This document shows, one piece after another, positions 17,466 to 25,884 of a stretch of 64,000 nt of DNA. The stretch comes from a virus. Within the stretch, counting starts at the first letter, position 1, and every line of letters starts with the position of its first letter. The stretch is from the IMG/VR virus record IMGVR_UViG_3300042402_004628, positions 6,831 to 70,830 of that record. The stretch is one strand, 5' to 3'. The notes beneath the pieces are model-generated. The model did not search any database. It worked only from the letters and a program-made list of their open reading frames with translations, and had not been told where the DNA came from. The position numbers and the translations under genes were made by a program.

Positions 17466-17843
17466 TTAATCTTTCGTTACTTGCATTGTCTTTTCAAGCA
17501 ACAATATTCGTGGTACAATGTACTCAACATATTCGGGTGTAAGTTGTTTGTTGTATATCTCCATAACAAAATCAACCGAAGGTGTTGCACCATAGAATGT
17601 TCCCAGCAAAACATTTGTTTCTTTGTGTCTTATCTCGGTGTAACTTTCCTTTGTGGTTTTCGCCACTTTAATATCAAAGACACAACAAAATTCGGGGTCG
17701 GACTGCAAAGCGTTTAGTTTGGCTATATCCGTTTCGTTTGTGTAGTGAACCTCCAAAACAAGTTTGGGCTCTTTCGGGTTTGTACTCGCTTTAACTCCAA
17801 CAAAGGTAGTTAAGCAAATGAGTGTTAAAAGTATTTGTTTCAT
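17466..17843 (-). CDS. secreted hypothetical protein
   Basis: Signal peptide MKQILLTLICLTTFVGVKAS; leaderless start 4 nt after the -7 element. Confidence 0.55.
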   Translation of the reverse strand: MKQILLTLICLTTFVGVKASTNPKEPKLVLEVHYTNETDIAKLNALQSDPEFCCVFDIKVAKTTKESYTEIRHKETNVLLGTFYGATPSVDFVMEIYNKQLTPEYVEYIVPRILLLEKTMQVTKD

Positions 17844-17847
17844 ACTA

Positions 17848-17879
17848 CAAATATAAACATTTTATTTTTAATATGCAAA
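17848..17879 (-). promoter_or_regulatory. cassette promoter (leaderless) for start 17843
   Basis: TTTGCATATTAAAAATAAAATGTTTATATTTG. Confidence 0.6.
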
Positions 17880-18056
17880 TTAAACTCTCCCCTCAATGAT
17901 TGCCGCGAACCAAAGTGATGCGTAAAGAAACGCAGACATAAAAATCATAAAGGCGACTGAACCATAAAACTCTTTCGGATCTTCCTTGCGAAAATCATTC
18001 AGCGTGATGAACATTTCTTTAATATCTTTCATTGTTTGTTTGTTTTTGTTGATACA

Positions 18057-18088
18057 AAGATAAGTGAAATAAATTTAACTTGCAAATT
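18057..18088 (-). promoter_or_regulatory. cassette promoter for the frameshifted small ORF 17880-18033
   Basis: Consensus copy. Confidence 0.6.
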
Positions 18089-18259
18089 TTAATTCAAAAA
18101 AAGGGGAAATTTCTTTCCCCAATTAAATGCATTTTGCCTTTTTCTGTTTATTGACGGATTACAAAAGACAAACGTCATCCGTTCTCACCCACCTTATAAA
18201 TCCTTCCCGTGCACGAAACAAGAAACTGGGGCGGGATTGTTTCTACTTGTTATTTAATA

Positions 18260-18291
18260 CAAAGATAAACGAAATAAATTTAATGTGCAAA
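18260..18291 (-). promoter_or_regulatory. cassette promoter with no ORF downstream (candidate sRNA unit 18115-18255)
   Basis: Consensus copy; terminator 18100-18122. Confidence 0.5.
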
Positions 18292-18295
18292 TTTT

Positions 18296-18493
18296 TTACC
18301 AAGTGAAATCATTTTTATTCGCATTCAAAGAAAGGAATAAAATGAATAGAAACAATAAACCTGTTCCGAAGAAGAATGCAAACTCTTCGTTCTTGATGTA
18401 ACCCTTTGATTGCAGGGCAAGTCCAACGCTTACTCCAATGGTTATCAAACCAAGGATTGAAAGCACGAATGGGATAACTTTAACTTTTTTCAT
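18296..18493 (-). CDS. two-TM membrane mini-protein
   Basis: MKKVKVIPFVLSILGLITIGVSVGLAL...; track 'MQVKFISFIF' prefix removed. Confidence 0.5.
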   Translation of the reverse strand: MKKVKVIPFVLSILGLITIGVSVGLALQSKGYIKNEEFAFFFGTGLLFLFILFLSLNANKNDFTW

Positions 18494-18513
18494 ATTTTTT
18501 TGTTTTGATAGTT

Positions 18514-18545
18514 CAAAGATAAACGAAATAAATTTAACTTGCAAA
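18514..18545 (-). promoter_or_regulatory. cassette promoter for start 18493
   Basis: Consensus copy. Confidence 0.65.
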
Positions 18546-18677
18546 CTTTTGTTTAAGTTTTTTTCGGTTATATGTTTTACCCGAAGGTTTGCTCCTTGTT
18601 ATCATATTCCTACGAATGATTTGAGCAATGTGTCTTTCTGACAAACCTTGTTTCCAATCTTGTGTTTCGTTTTTCAT
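18534..18677 (-). CDS. candidate small basic protein (47 aa)
   Basis: ATG right after promoter 18682-18713; its stop lies inside the next promoter (QKFAS*). Confidence 0.3.
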   Translation of the reverse strand: MKNETQDWKQGLSERHIAQIIRRNMITRSKPSGKTYNRKKLKQKFAS

Positions 18678-18681
18678 AACA

Positions 18682-18713
18682 CAAAGATAAATGAAATAAA
18701 TTTAATGTGCAAA
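18682..18713 (-). promoter_or_regulatory. cassette promoter for start 18677
   Basis: Consensus copy. Confidence 0.6.
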
Positions 18714-18715
18714 TT

Positions 18716-19057
18716 TTATTCTGCAAAATTATCTTTACCACATTCAGGACAAACTTTTTCCTCATACAAAGTATGGTCTTGTGGATTATGTTCGTTGTCA
18801 ACCATTACCGATTTCAACTCATCCTTACCACCAATCCAACCACAATTTTCGCAATAAAGGTCGTATTCAATTTCAATAACCTCATCAAAAATTTCCTTGT
18901 ATTCAGTAACCAATTCTTTATCGGTGAAATTCGCATACCCTTTCATCCCGTATTCAAATATACTGGCAACATAACTATTGTCACCTCGTTCGTGTTCCGA
19001 TATGATTGTGTTGATGTCGTTATCTACCAACTTGTCTATGATTTCCTGTCTTTTCAT
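18716..19057 (-). CDS. Zn-ribbon protein
   Basis: C-terminal CENCGW...CPECGK pair of CxxC. Confidence 0.55.
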   Translation of the reverse strand: MKRQEIIDKLVDNDINTIISEHERGDNSYVASIFEYGMKGYANFTDKELVTEYKEIFDEVIEIEYDLYCENCGWIGGKDELKSVMVDNEHNPQDHTLYEEKVCPECGKDNFAE

Positions 19058-19139
19058 AACTTAAAAGTTTTTCTTATATTGTACTCATCGCCAACCTTGT
19101 TTAACTATTACGTTCTTTCTACCTTGCTTTCGCCATATT

Positions 19140-19250
19140 TTAGTTATATCGTTGTTTACAAATCACCCAAATGCTATAAAGAATAAGTGGTGAAAAAAGA
19201 ATTAATTGCCCCAAACAAACCATTCTTTGTCTTGCTGTTAATCTTTTCAT
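19140..19250 (-). CDS. candidate small membrane protein (36 aa)
   Basis: Leaderless ATG abutting promoter 19254-19286; hydrophobic core. Confidence 0.3.
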   Translation of the reverse strand: MKRLTARQRMVCLGQLILFSPLILYSIWVICKQRYN

Positions 19251-19253
19251 AGT

Positions 19254-19286
19254 TTAAAGATAAGTTAAATAAATTTAACTTGCAAA
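19254..19286 (-). promoter_or_regulatory. cassette promoter for start 19250 and the Zn-ribbon gene
   Basis: Consensus copy. Confidence 0.6.
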
Positions 19287-19429
19287 CTTTGTTTCAATTT
19301 TTTTATCCCCAACAAAGTTATACCCAGAGTTAAACCACCATAGGGCCAAACGGATTGACCAGTAAATGCTTCGTTTTTGTTTCCTTCCATTCAGATAGCA
19401 TTCCCACGCTTTCCGAATTCTAAACTTGT

Positions 19430-19648
19430 TTATTCGCATAATTCAACCTCAATGATTTCACAATAGTTTTCCAACTCGTCTAACGGAATTCTACCATAGT
19501 TCGTTGATGAATAGTAACCTTGAAACTCGTAACGCTTCTTCCATTCAGTTAAGGCGTTCTTTGCTTCCTCAACACTATTGTAAGTGTCGCTGAAATGAAT
19601 GCTAAACCCATCGGGACTTAACACATCGTATTGCTTGTTTGATTTCAT
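19430..19648 (-). CDS. hypothetical small protein
   Basis: Cassette promoter 19654-19684 upstream. Confidence 0.5.
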   Translation of the reverse strand: MKSNKQYDVLSPDGFSIHFSDTYNSVEEAKNALTEWKKRYEFQGYYSSTNYGRIPLDELENYCEIIEVELCE

Positions 19649-19653
19649 AGTTC

Positions 19654-19684
19654 AAAGATAAGTGAAATAAATTTAACTTGCAAA
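19654..19684 (-). promoter_or_regulatory. cassette promoter for start 19648
   Basis: Consensus copy. Confidence 0.65.
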
Positions 19685-19693
19685 TTTTAATAC

Positions 19694-19722
19694 AAAAAAA
19701 AGGGGCAGATTTCTCCGCCCAC
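19694..19722 (-). terminator. cassette terminator
   Basis: GGGGCAGATTTCTCCGCCC. Confidence 0.6.
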
Positions 19723-19751
19723 CTTTTTCAAATATGAAAACAAATCAAGTT

Positions 19752-20126
19752 CTATGAAAAGTAAGGTTGTATAACCTCTTTGTCGCTCAAATTAGCTCTC
19801 ATCTTTGCATACGCTTCCGCTTCTTTATCATCTTTGTTATAGATGAAATCAACATTGCTTGAAGCGATTGCAAATTGTCCGTTCGCAATACCCCAAAAGT
19901 AATAACGAACATTGTCATTCACATCAACTGCATTCAATGCCCTCTCGCAAACCTCGTTCAGTTCGGGGAATAACTTAACGCTTCCCGTGATACTTGAAAC
20001 GATTGCAAGTTTCATACTGCCGTTGGCGAATTCATCAGCTACCTTGTTCTCACCAATGTTTCTTAAACCCTCAATAAGGATTTGTTTGTAGCTACCCGAA
20101 GGTGCTTTTGGAAATGGATTGTTCAT
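19752..20126 (-). CDS. hypothetical protein
   Basis: Cassette promoter upstream, terminator 19694-19722 downstream. Confidence 0.55.
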   Translation of the reverse strand: MNNPFPKAPSGSYKQILIEGLRNIGENKVADEFANGSMKLAIVSSITGSVKLFPELNEVCERALNAVDVNDNVRYYFWGIANGQFAIASSNVDFIYNKDDKEAEAYAKMRANLSDKEVIQPYFS

Positions 20127-20148
20127 ATCGTTTTGTTTTTTGATACAG

Positions 20149-20180
20149 CAAAGATAAGTGTAATAAATTTAACTCGCAAG
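20149..20180 (-). promoter_or_regulatory. cassette promoter for start 20126
   Basis: Consensus copy. Confidence 0.65.
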
Positions 20181-20339
20181 TATTTTTTTAATTTCTTTTA
20201 ATCGATCCAAAACTTTATCCATTTCTTTTGAAATCTTTGTGTGGGTTCTATGTTTGCTATTAGGTTCCCACAACTCGGACAAAGTTTTATATCGTTCTTT
20301 GAGCCGTATCTCCTCAACAATCAATACCGAATGTTCCAT
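20169..20339 (-). CDS. hypothetical small protein (start corrected to MEHSV)
   Basis: Starts 2 nt after the stop of the 20342-20545 gene; bicistronic cassette. Confidence 0.45.
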   Translation of the reverse strand: MEHSVLIVEEIRLKERYKTLSELWEPNSKHRTHTKISKEMDKVLDRLKEIKKILAS

Positions 20340-20341
20340 TG

Positions 20342-20545
20342 TTAATTCAGTATTGATTGGTAAGGGATTGGAAATTCCAAGAAAGGTGCGGACAACCATT
20401 TGTCAATTTTGATTGTCTTGTCGGTAATCTTTTCCTTTCGGTAAACCTTTACGCAAGTTTCCAAGTTTTCATCAGCGAATATGGTTTCGGTGCTTTCATC
20501 ATCATTTGTGCGAAATACCTCGTACCAAGTTTTTGTGTTTTCCAT
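20342..20545 (-). CDS. hypothetical small protein
   Basis: Cassette promoter 20573-20604. Confidence 0.5.
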   Translation of the reverse strand: MENTKTWYEVFRTNDDESTETIFADENLETCVKVYRKEKITDKTIKIDKWLSAPFLEFPIPYQSILN

Positions 20546-20572
20546 TTTTTCTTTTTCCTAATTTTGTGAGTG

Positions 20573-20604
20573 CAAAGGTATATATAATAAATTTAACTCA
20601 CAAG
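20573..20604 (-). promoter_or_regulatory. cassette promoter for start 20545
   Basis: -7 TACCTTTG. Confidence 0.55.
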
Positions 20605-20618
20605 TTTTCAACACATTT

Positions 20619-20939
20619 TTACCAAGTTTTTGGATATTTGTCCAATGTTTCTTGCGGATATAAAACTTCGTTTCCGTTGTTCAAAACATCTTCCCACCAA
20701 CGAATACCAATCTGCAATCGTGGTACTGCGAACTTCATAACATCTTCATCGTGGACACGAAAGAACAAATCGTTTCTTCCACCTGTTCCCTCTTCGCCAG
20801 GTGTTGGCAAAGTTAAAACTTCTTCGCAATAAACTCCGCGAACATTAAACTCTTCTTTGAGCCAATTTTCAAAATCTTTGGCACAACTCTTTCCAACAAT
20901 TGTTCCGTGCCAAACACATACTTGATTAAAATTTTCCAT
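20619..20939 (-). CDS. hypothetical protein
   Basis: First ATG after promoter 20960-20991 (MENFNQVCVWHG...). Confidence 0.55.
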   Translation of the reverse strand: MENFNQVCVWHGTIVGKSCAKDFENWLKEEFNVRGVYCEEVLTLPTPGEEGTGGRNDLFFRVHDEDVMKFAVPRLQIGIRWWEDVLNNGNEVLYPQETLDKYPKTW

Positions 20940-20959
20940 TTGTTTTGTTTTTGATATAA

Positions 20960-20991
20960 CAAAAATAAATGAAATAAATTTAATGTGCAAA
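20960..20991 (-). promoter_or_regulatory. cassette promoter for start 20939
   Basis: TTTGCACATTAAATTTATTTCATTTATTTTTG. Confidence 0.65.
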
Positions 20992-21027
20992 TAAAAAGGG
21001 GAATTTCTTCCCCTTTCTTATCCACAA

Positions 21028-21432
21028 TTAGCGGTCAAAATATGTTTCTTTGATACCTTGTTTCTTTTCCATTGACTGCGACATAAGGTACATTGTTTCC
21101 CCCATTGGTTTATCGTGGTGAGAAATAACAACTTCAATGATACCCTTGTTGTCGGTCGGGTGAAACAACATTGTAAACTCCCCAGTGTTCGGTGCAAGTT
21201 TACGGATTAAAGTTTCTGCACTATCCGTTTCAAATTCGGTGTACCCTGCAACATTTCTCCAAGTCAAAGAAAGTCCGTAACAAAAGAATTTCTTTGTACG
21301 CATTTTCTTCATCATTGTTTTTACTTCGTACACAAAATCTTCCCAATAGATTTGTGCTTCCATTTCATCTTCAACTTCGGGCATATCCCAACCCGCTAAA
21401 ATTCTTTTTGTTTCTTTGATTAAAGTTTCCAT
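21028..21432 (-). CDS. hypothetical protein
   Basis: First ATG after promoter (METLIKETKRILAGWDMPE...). Confidence 0.55.
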   Translation of the reverse strand: METLIKETKRILAGWDMPEVEDEMEAQIYWEDFVYEVKTMMKKMRTKKFFCYGLSLTWRNVAGYTEFETDSAETLIRKLAPNTGEFTMLFHPTDNKGIIEVVISHHDKPMGETMYLMSQSMEKKQGIKETYFDR

Positions 21433-21445
21433 TTGCTTGTTTGTT

Positions 21446-21477
21446 TTTGTTGATACAAATATAAATGAAATAAATTT
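21446..21477 (-). promoter_or_regulatory. cassette promoter for start 21432
   Basis: Consensus copy. Confidence 0.65.
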
Positions 21478-21543
21478 AACTTGCAAATTTTAACACAAAA
21501 AAAAAGGGCGGATTTCTCCACCCCTTTTTTCAATCGGAAAGAA

Positions 21544-21900
21544 TTAAAGTTTATAGAATGTTATGACACACTTATTTTTTTTGTTGTCAATATCGGGTGC
21601 TGAACTATTATATTTACTACCCTTTGGTTGCCACCTTTCATAATAATAGTTTATGTAGTTTTTAACCAACTCAATATCACTTTCTGCCAAATGCTTTGTG
21701 AATGTAGCAACTAATGTTCCGTTACTTGCGTTCCTTGAAATTGTCATTTCTTCGGAAATGTTTGTTGGCAAAGTAAGTTTGTTTTGTGCTAACTTTGAGC
21801 AAGTTTCAAGGGTGTCAACAACATCAACCTTGTTGGTTGTTTGTGCTTTTGCGGTTGTTACTCCGAACAACACAACTGCGATAAAGAATACTTTTTTCAT
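21544..21900 (-). CDS. secreted hypothetical protein
   Basis: Signal peptide MKKVFFIAVVLFGVTTAKAQ. Confidence 0.55.
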   Translation of the reverse strand: MKKVFFIAVVLFGVTTAKAQTTNKVDVVDTLETCSKLAQNKLTLPTNISEEMTISRNASNGTLVATFTKHLAESDIELVKNYINYYYERWQPKGSKYNSSAPDIDNKKNKCVITFYKL

Positions 21901-21923
21901 CTTGTTTATTTTTGATTATGATA

Positions 21924-21955
21924 CAAAGATAAATGAAATAAATTTAACTTGCAAA
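21924..21955 (-). promoter_or_regulatory. cassette promoter for start 21900
   Basis: Consensus copy. Confidence 0.65.
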
Positions 21956-21962
21956 TTTTACC

Positions 21963-22238
21963 TCAAAAATCTTCGGTTGAAAAATCAATGTTAAGTTCGC
22001 TAACCATTTGTATTGTTTCAAACTCCGTTTTAAGTTCATTAACTTCTTCGTTGATAAGACACATCTCAAAGTCCAGTGCGTGTACTTTCATAAGACAAAG
22101 AATAGGGTGTATGTGCCCGTTCTCCAACTTAAACATCAATGTTGTTTTCTCACCCAAAATTTCTGTTGCTCGGTCATTAAACTTAACCAACTTACTCTTT
22201 AGCTCCATTAAACGAATGTCCGTTTGCTTGATTGCCAT
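21963..22238 (-). CDS. hypothetical small protein
   Basis: MAIKQTDIRL... after a cassette promoter. Confidence 0.5.
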   Translation of the reverse strand: MAIKQTDIRLMELKSKLVKFNDRATEILGEKTTLMFKLENGHIHPILCLMKVHALDFEMCLINEEVNELKTEFETIQMVSELNIDFSTEDF

Positions 22239-22258
22239 TTTGTTTGTTTTTGTTGATA

Positions 22259-22290
22259 CAAAGATAAATGAAATAAATTTAACTTGCAAA
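22259..22290 (-). promoter_or_regulatory. cassette promoter for start 22238
   Basis: Consensus copy. Confidence 0.65.
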
Positions 22291-22325
22291 TTTCAGGGAT
22301 CTAAGTTATCCACATTGTTATAAAC

Positions 22326-22353
22326 AAAAAAGGGTGGGGATTTCCCCCACCCA
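22326..22353 (-). terminator. cassette terminator
   Basis: GGGTGGGGATTTCCCCCACCC. Confidence 0.65.
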
Positions 22354-22378
22354 ATCATCAAATAAACAAACAAGCAAT

Positions 22379-22618
22379 TTAACAAATCAATGATACTTCC
22401 ATACTTTGAAGTTTTTTGATAAACTTCTCTTCATCGGTATCAACCATAAGTTTAATTGTTGGATTGATACTTTGGGCATAACCCCATTTTTGTTTTACCG
22501 CCTCAAAGTAATTTCTTGCGGTTTTCAGTTGCAAAAAGTTGTTACAACTGCTCAACACTTTGAATGCCCTTTCTCGGTCATCGTGGTAATCTTTTGCGAA
22601 GTCGGTTACTTTTAACAT
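22379..22618 (-). CDS. hypothetical small protein
   Basis: MLKVTDFAKDYHD... after a cassette promoter. Confidence 0.5.
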   Translation of the reverse strand: MLKVTDFAKDYHDDRERAFKVLSSCNNFLQLKTARNYFEAVKQKWGYAQSINPTIKLMVDTDEEKFIKKLQSMEVSLIC

Positions 22619-22639
22619 ATTTGTTTGTTTTTGTTGATA

Positions 22640-22671
22640 CAAAGATATGTGTAATAAATTTAACTCGCAAG
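22640..22671 (-). promoter_or_regulatory. cassette promoter for start 22618
   Basis: Consensus copy. Confidence 0.65.
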
Positions 22672-22675
22672 TTTT

Positions 22676-23026
22676 TTAGTTAAATTGTGCAGCCCATCGG
22701 TCGCAAGTGGCTTTGTCCACCCAAATAACCATTGCTTCCAATTCTTCTTTTGTTGTGATTGGCTCGGTGCTTTCGCCATCATCATCAGTACCTTGTAAGA
22801 TAGCGTTTCCTACAATAGGGTATTGCCAGTCCGCCATCATAAACCCACCATCAAACGGATGATACAACCCCTCATCATCGGTGTAGATTGTGTCGTTGTT
22901 CTCGAATGTTACAGGACAAGCGAAGGTTTCGCAACCATTACCAATAGCAGGTGCAATGTCTTTCCAATCGTTGATTTCAATTTCTTCGATTTTGCGGTCA
23001 GCGGTGTTAATCTTAAATGCTTTCAT
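22676..23026 (-). CDS. hypothetical protein
   Basis: Cassette promoter 23047-23078. Confidence 0.5.
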   Translation of the reverse strand: MKAFKINTADRKIEEIEINDWKDIAPAIGNGCETFACPVTFENNDTIYTDDEGLYHPFDGGFMMADWQYPIVGNAILQGTDDDGESTEPITTKEELEAMVIWVDKATCDRWAAQFN

Positions 23027-23046
23027 ATCGTTTCGTTTTGTTGATA

Positions 23047-23078
23047 CAAAGATAAATGTAATTTATTTAACCTGCAAA
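23047..23078 (-). promoter_or_regulatory. cassette promoter for start 23026
   Basis: Consensus copy. Confidence 0.6.
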
Positions 23079-23293
23079 TTTTCATTCAATTTATTTGCAA
23101 AGTTTTCAGCACTTTGTTTATCGTGAAACCAATAGTTAGCCAAGTCCTTACCTCTATAAGGTTTTAAGGTTTTGTGGCTTACCACTTGCCCTCGTTCGTT
23201 GGTAACATAATAGTATGTCGCACACATAGGCATACCACTCGGTGTGCTTTTACCCTTACGGGGTATGTATTGATTTGATTGTACTTGAAACAT
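23063..23293 (-). CDS. hypothetical small basic protein
   Basis: Leaderless: the ATG abuts the -7 element. Confidence 0.5.
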   Translation of the reverse strand: MFQVQSNQYIPRKGKSTPSGMPMCATYYYVTNERGQVVSHKTLKPYRGKDLANYWFHDKQSAENFANKLNENLQVK

Positions 23294-23298
23294 AATGC

Positions 23299-23329
23299 AA
23301 ATATAAGTATAATAAATTTAACTCGCAAA
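23299..23329 (-). promoter_or_regulatory. cassette promoter (leaderless) for start 23293
   Basis: Consensus copy. Confidence 0.6.
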
Positions 23330-23533
23330 TGGTTTCCAACTTAATGGTTCATCGGTTGAAAGGTCGCAAGCAATTTCAATGTTGTTTAAGTGTGTCCAAC
23401 ACTCGTCAGCCATTCCCGTTGGTTGCTCAAATTGTTTTGCCAACCCGTTCTCATAGATAAACTTTCGGATAACATCCAAGTCATCTTTAACCATTGCAAG
23501 GCGGTGCTTTAATTGATCGATTTCGTTTTCCAT
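23318..23533 (-). CDS. hypothetical small protein
   Basis: Leaderless cassette. Confidence 0.5.
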   Translation of the reverse strand: MENEIDQLKHRLAMVKDDLDVIRKFIYENGLAKQFEQPTGMADECWTHLNNIEIACDLSTDEPLSWKPFAS

Positions 23534-23537
23534 ATCA

Positions 23538-23569
23538 CAAAGATAAACGAAATAAATTTAATGTGCAAA
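23538..23569 (-). promoter_or_regulatory. cassette promoter (leaderless) for start 23533
   Basis: Consensus copy. Confidence 0.6.
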
Positions 23570-23869
23570 TTAATCAACAACTCCGTTCCCGTAGTAAAGG
23601 TCAAACGATTTCTTTTTATAGTCATCGGACTTTAACCACGCTTGGTACTTTTGTTCCCACTCGTTGTCTTGAAACTTGTAATAACTCCCGTTGCAATATC
23701 TTAAACGATTATTCAGTTTATAGAATTGTTCAAACAAACCTATCTCGGTTATGTCCGCAATTTCCTTTGTACTGGTGATAACCGATGTCTTATCAAGGTA
23801 ACAAAAACCCGTTTCGGTTACAACCGTTTCGTTTCTTGGGTTCCAATAGTTCAATGTCGCTTTGTGCAT
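23570..23869 (-). CDS. hypothetical protein
   Basis: Cassette promoter 23889-23920. Confidence 0.5.
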   Translation of the reverse strand: MHKATLNYWNPRNETVVTETGFCYLDKTSVITSTKEIADITEIGLFEQFYKLNNRLRYCNGSYYKFQDNEWEQKYQAWLKSDDYKKKSFDLYYGNGVVD

Positions 23870-23888
23870 ATCGTTTGATTTCTTGATA

Positions 23889-23920
23889 CAAAGATAAGTG
23901 TAGTTTTTTTAACTTGCAAA
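23889..23920 (-). promoter_or_regulatory. cassette promoter for start 23869
   Basis: Consensus copy. Confidence 0.6.
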
Positions 23921-23922
23921 TT

Positions 23923-24240
23923 TTATTTCAAAATAATACCATCAACAATCAACACTCGGTCATACTTTAAAATCTTAATATCAGCCAATAGTTTAGTTGT
24001 TTTACGAAGATACTCCGCTTCAGTCATATTAGAATACTCCAATTCATTTTCAATCTTACTTAACTTATTTTGACTTCTTTCGGCTTTTTTAACCATTTCG
24101 TGGTAAAGTTCGGAAAGGGTTTCCTTTGTGTCGCTTGGACTACCTGCGATAATATCTGTTTGTTGGTGGCGAACGCTTGAATAGTCGGTGTCATAAACTC
24201 CAACGCAGGTGTAGTCTGTTTTTAATCCGATTAATAACAT
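23923..24240 (-). CDS. hypothetical protein
   Basis: MLLIGLKTDYT... first ATG after a cassette promoter. Confidence 0.5.
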   Translation of the reverse strand: MLLIGLKTDYTCVGVYDTDYSSVRHQQTDIIAGSPSDTKETLSELYHEMVKKAERSQNKLSKIENELEYSNMTEAEYLRKTTKLLADIKILKYDRVLIVDGIILK

Positions 24241-24263
24241 ATTGTTTGTTTGTTTTGTTGATA

Positions 24264-24295
24264 CAAAGATAAACAAAATAAATTTAACTTGCAAA
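24264..24295 (-). promoter_or_regulatory. cassette promoter for start 24240
   Basis: Consensus copy. Confidence 0.65.
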
Positions 24296-24335
24296 CTTTA
24301 TCACAAAAAAAAGATAAAAAAAACTTACATTAAAG

Positions 24336-24367
24336 TTTGCACATTAAAAAAAATACATTTACCTTTG
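24336..24367 (+). promoter_or_regulatory. plus-strand cassette promoter inside the minus arm; drives an ORF-less structured transcript (24368-24465)
   Basis: TTTGCACATTAAAAAAAATACATTTACCTTTG on the + strand; hairpin+T-run at 24466-24490. Confidence 0.5.
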
Positions 24368-24501
24368 TATTGTCCAATTAAGGAAGGGCGGGCACTCAAA
24401 AGGTGGCTGGGGTGTTCTAAGGGAACCTGCCCTTTACTCTCGTATTATGTTAAATAAAAAAAAAGGGGATTGCTCCCCTTTTCTTGTTTCGGCTTTCTCG
24501 C

Positions 24502-25017
24502 TTACTTGAAAGCGATTACATTCTTGTTGGCTCTCACTTCCTTAATGCCCTCAATCTTGATTGTGCGGAAGATTACTTCATCTGCAACACCTTGATTTGC
24601 GGCACTTGAAACTCGCTTAAAGTTCTTGATGATTTCCACTTCTTCTGCGGTGGCTTCTTTGCCATCAACAAAGTATTGCAACACTTCTGCACTTTCAACA
24701 ATGCCCGACAAATACATTTTGTCTTGTGCTTTCTTGCTTCTTACGATTGCACCATTCTTGCTATCGTAAACTTTCTCGTGCCAATTACTTTTGGCTTGAA
24801 AATCGGCTTCTTTGCCCTCACGAACACGCTGATTGTTTACTGCATTTTGGTACACAGCATTAAGCAAAAACTTGTAGTTTACAAGTTTGGTAACATTCGC
24901 CTTACGCAAAGGATTACCTGTTTTTACCATGTCTTGTTCAACATTGGCAATGATTGTTGCGAAGGTGGCACTTCCGCCATCGTTAATCGCATTGAAGATG
25001 ATTTGTTCTTTGTTCAT
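24502..25017 (-). CDS. hypothetical protein, paralog B (matches the 14125-14646 gene)
   Basis: Full-length similarity to paralog A; own promoter 25040-25071 and a bidirectional hairpin at 24466-24490. Confidence 0.65.
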   Translation of the reverse strand: MNKEQIIFNAINDGGSATFATIIANVEQDMVKTGNPLRKANVTKLVNYKFLLNAVYQNAVNNQRVREGKEADFQAKSNWHEKVYDSKNGAIVRSKKAQDKMYLSGIVESAEVLQYFVDGKEATAEEVEIIKNFKRVSSAANQGVADEVIFRTIKIEGIKEVRANKNVIAFK

Positions 25018-25039
25018 ATTGTATCGTTTTTTGATGATG

Positions 25040-25071
25040 CAAATATAAGTGCAATAAATTTAACTTGCAAA
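25040..25071 (-). promoter_or_regulatory. cassette promoter for paralog B
   Basis: Consensus copy. Confidence 0.65.
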
Positions 25072-25093
25072 TTTTACTGCAAAAAAATTAAAA

Positions 25094-25411
25094 TTATTCT
25101 TCAAGCAATTCCGTAACCTCAAATTCCTTTTCCTCAATCATCTTCAACAAACAAATAAGTTGGTCGGTTGAAAGGTCTTGCAAAGAAATGGTGTCCATAT
25201 CGTGTCCACTATCAATAAACACTCGTTCATCAAGTGTAACCCCACCAATAACCTCGTTCATTTGGTCATCAATGTAGTTAAAGATAATACCACCATGCAG
25301 GTTTATCTCTTGTGCGTTGTTGCATATCATTTCGGTCTTAATATCCTCAATGATTTCCTTTCGTTGCAATTCAATGCGAAGATTGTGTCGGTATGATTTA
25401 TCTTTGTTCAT
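25094..25411 (-). CDS. hypothetical acidic protein
   Basis: Cassette promoter 25431-25462. Confidence 0.5.
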   Translation of the reverse strand: MNKDKSYRHNLRIELQRKEIIEDIKTEMICNNAQEINLHGGIIFNYIDDQMNEVIGGVTLDERVFIDSGHDMDTISLQDLSTDQLICLLKMIEEKEFEVTELLEE

Positions 25412-25430
25412 AGGTTTGTTTTTGATGATG

Positions 25431-25462
25431 CAAATATAAGTGCAATAAATTTAACTCGCAAG
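25431..25462 (-). promoter_or_regulatory. cassette promoter for start 25411
   Basis: Consensus copy. Confidence 0.6.
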
Positions 25463-25702
25463 TTAAACTTCGATTTCACCACTTTTTATTTTCTCGTCAA
25501 TCAGTTGTTCATACTCGGTTTGTATTTCCTTTGAACACTGGCTAACTTGGATCGCGACAAACTCACCATGAGGTAAACCCTCAAGTGCGTCATCAACGCT
25601 TCCCGCAAAAAACAATTTGTTATCGGACTTCCAACGCAAGGGTTGGTCTGTTCCTCTTTCAAACACCAAATAGGTGTTTTCCTTTTTGTATATGTTGTTC
25701 AT
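25463..25702 (-). CDS. hypothetical small protein
   Basis: ORF track; overlaps the upstream gene by 44 nt. Confidence 0.4.
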   Translation of the reverse strand: MNNIYKKENTYLVFERGTDQPLRWKSDNKLFFAGSVDDALEGLPHGEFVAIQVSQCSKEIQTEYEQLIDEKIKSGEIEV

Positions 25703-25880
25703 ACGCTTGGCGTTCTTCTTTGATTTTTATGAGAGTATTCAACTTGTTCTTTGCACATTCAATCGCTTCTTTCTTCGCACCCTTGTATTCAATAACCCAC
25801 ATTAAGTTTGCTTCTTCTTGGTGAAAGTTATTTGAACTCAAATTTCGCAACCAATAGTCATAGTTTGAATACATACTCAT
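25659..25880 (-). CDS. hypothetical small protein
   Basis: ORF track 73 aa. Confidence 0.45.
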   Translation of the reverse strand: MSMYSNYDYWLRNLSSNNFHQEEANLMWVIEYKGAKKEAIECAKNKLNTLIKIKEERQAYEQHIQKGKHLFGV

Positions 25881-25884
25881 AGCG

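Noticed and set aside
20340-20402. Apparent 1-nt discrepancy near 20400 when hand-translating genes 20342-20545 and 20169-20399
   Set aside because: The ORF track shows both ORFs intact and all surrounding coordinates agree. I attribute this to my manual misreading and not to a real frameshift.
24368-24465. tRNA in the ORF-less plus-strand unit
   Set aside because: No 7-bp acceptor stem, no GTTC T-loop and no cloverleaf could be drawn. No other tRNA-like sequence (GGTTCGA-type T-loop) was seen in the window.
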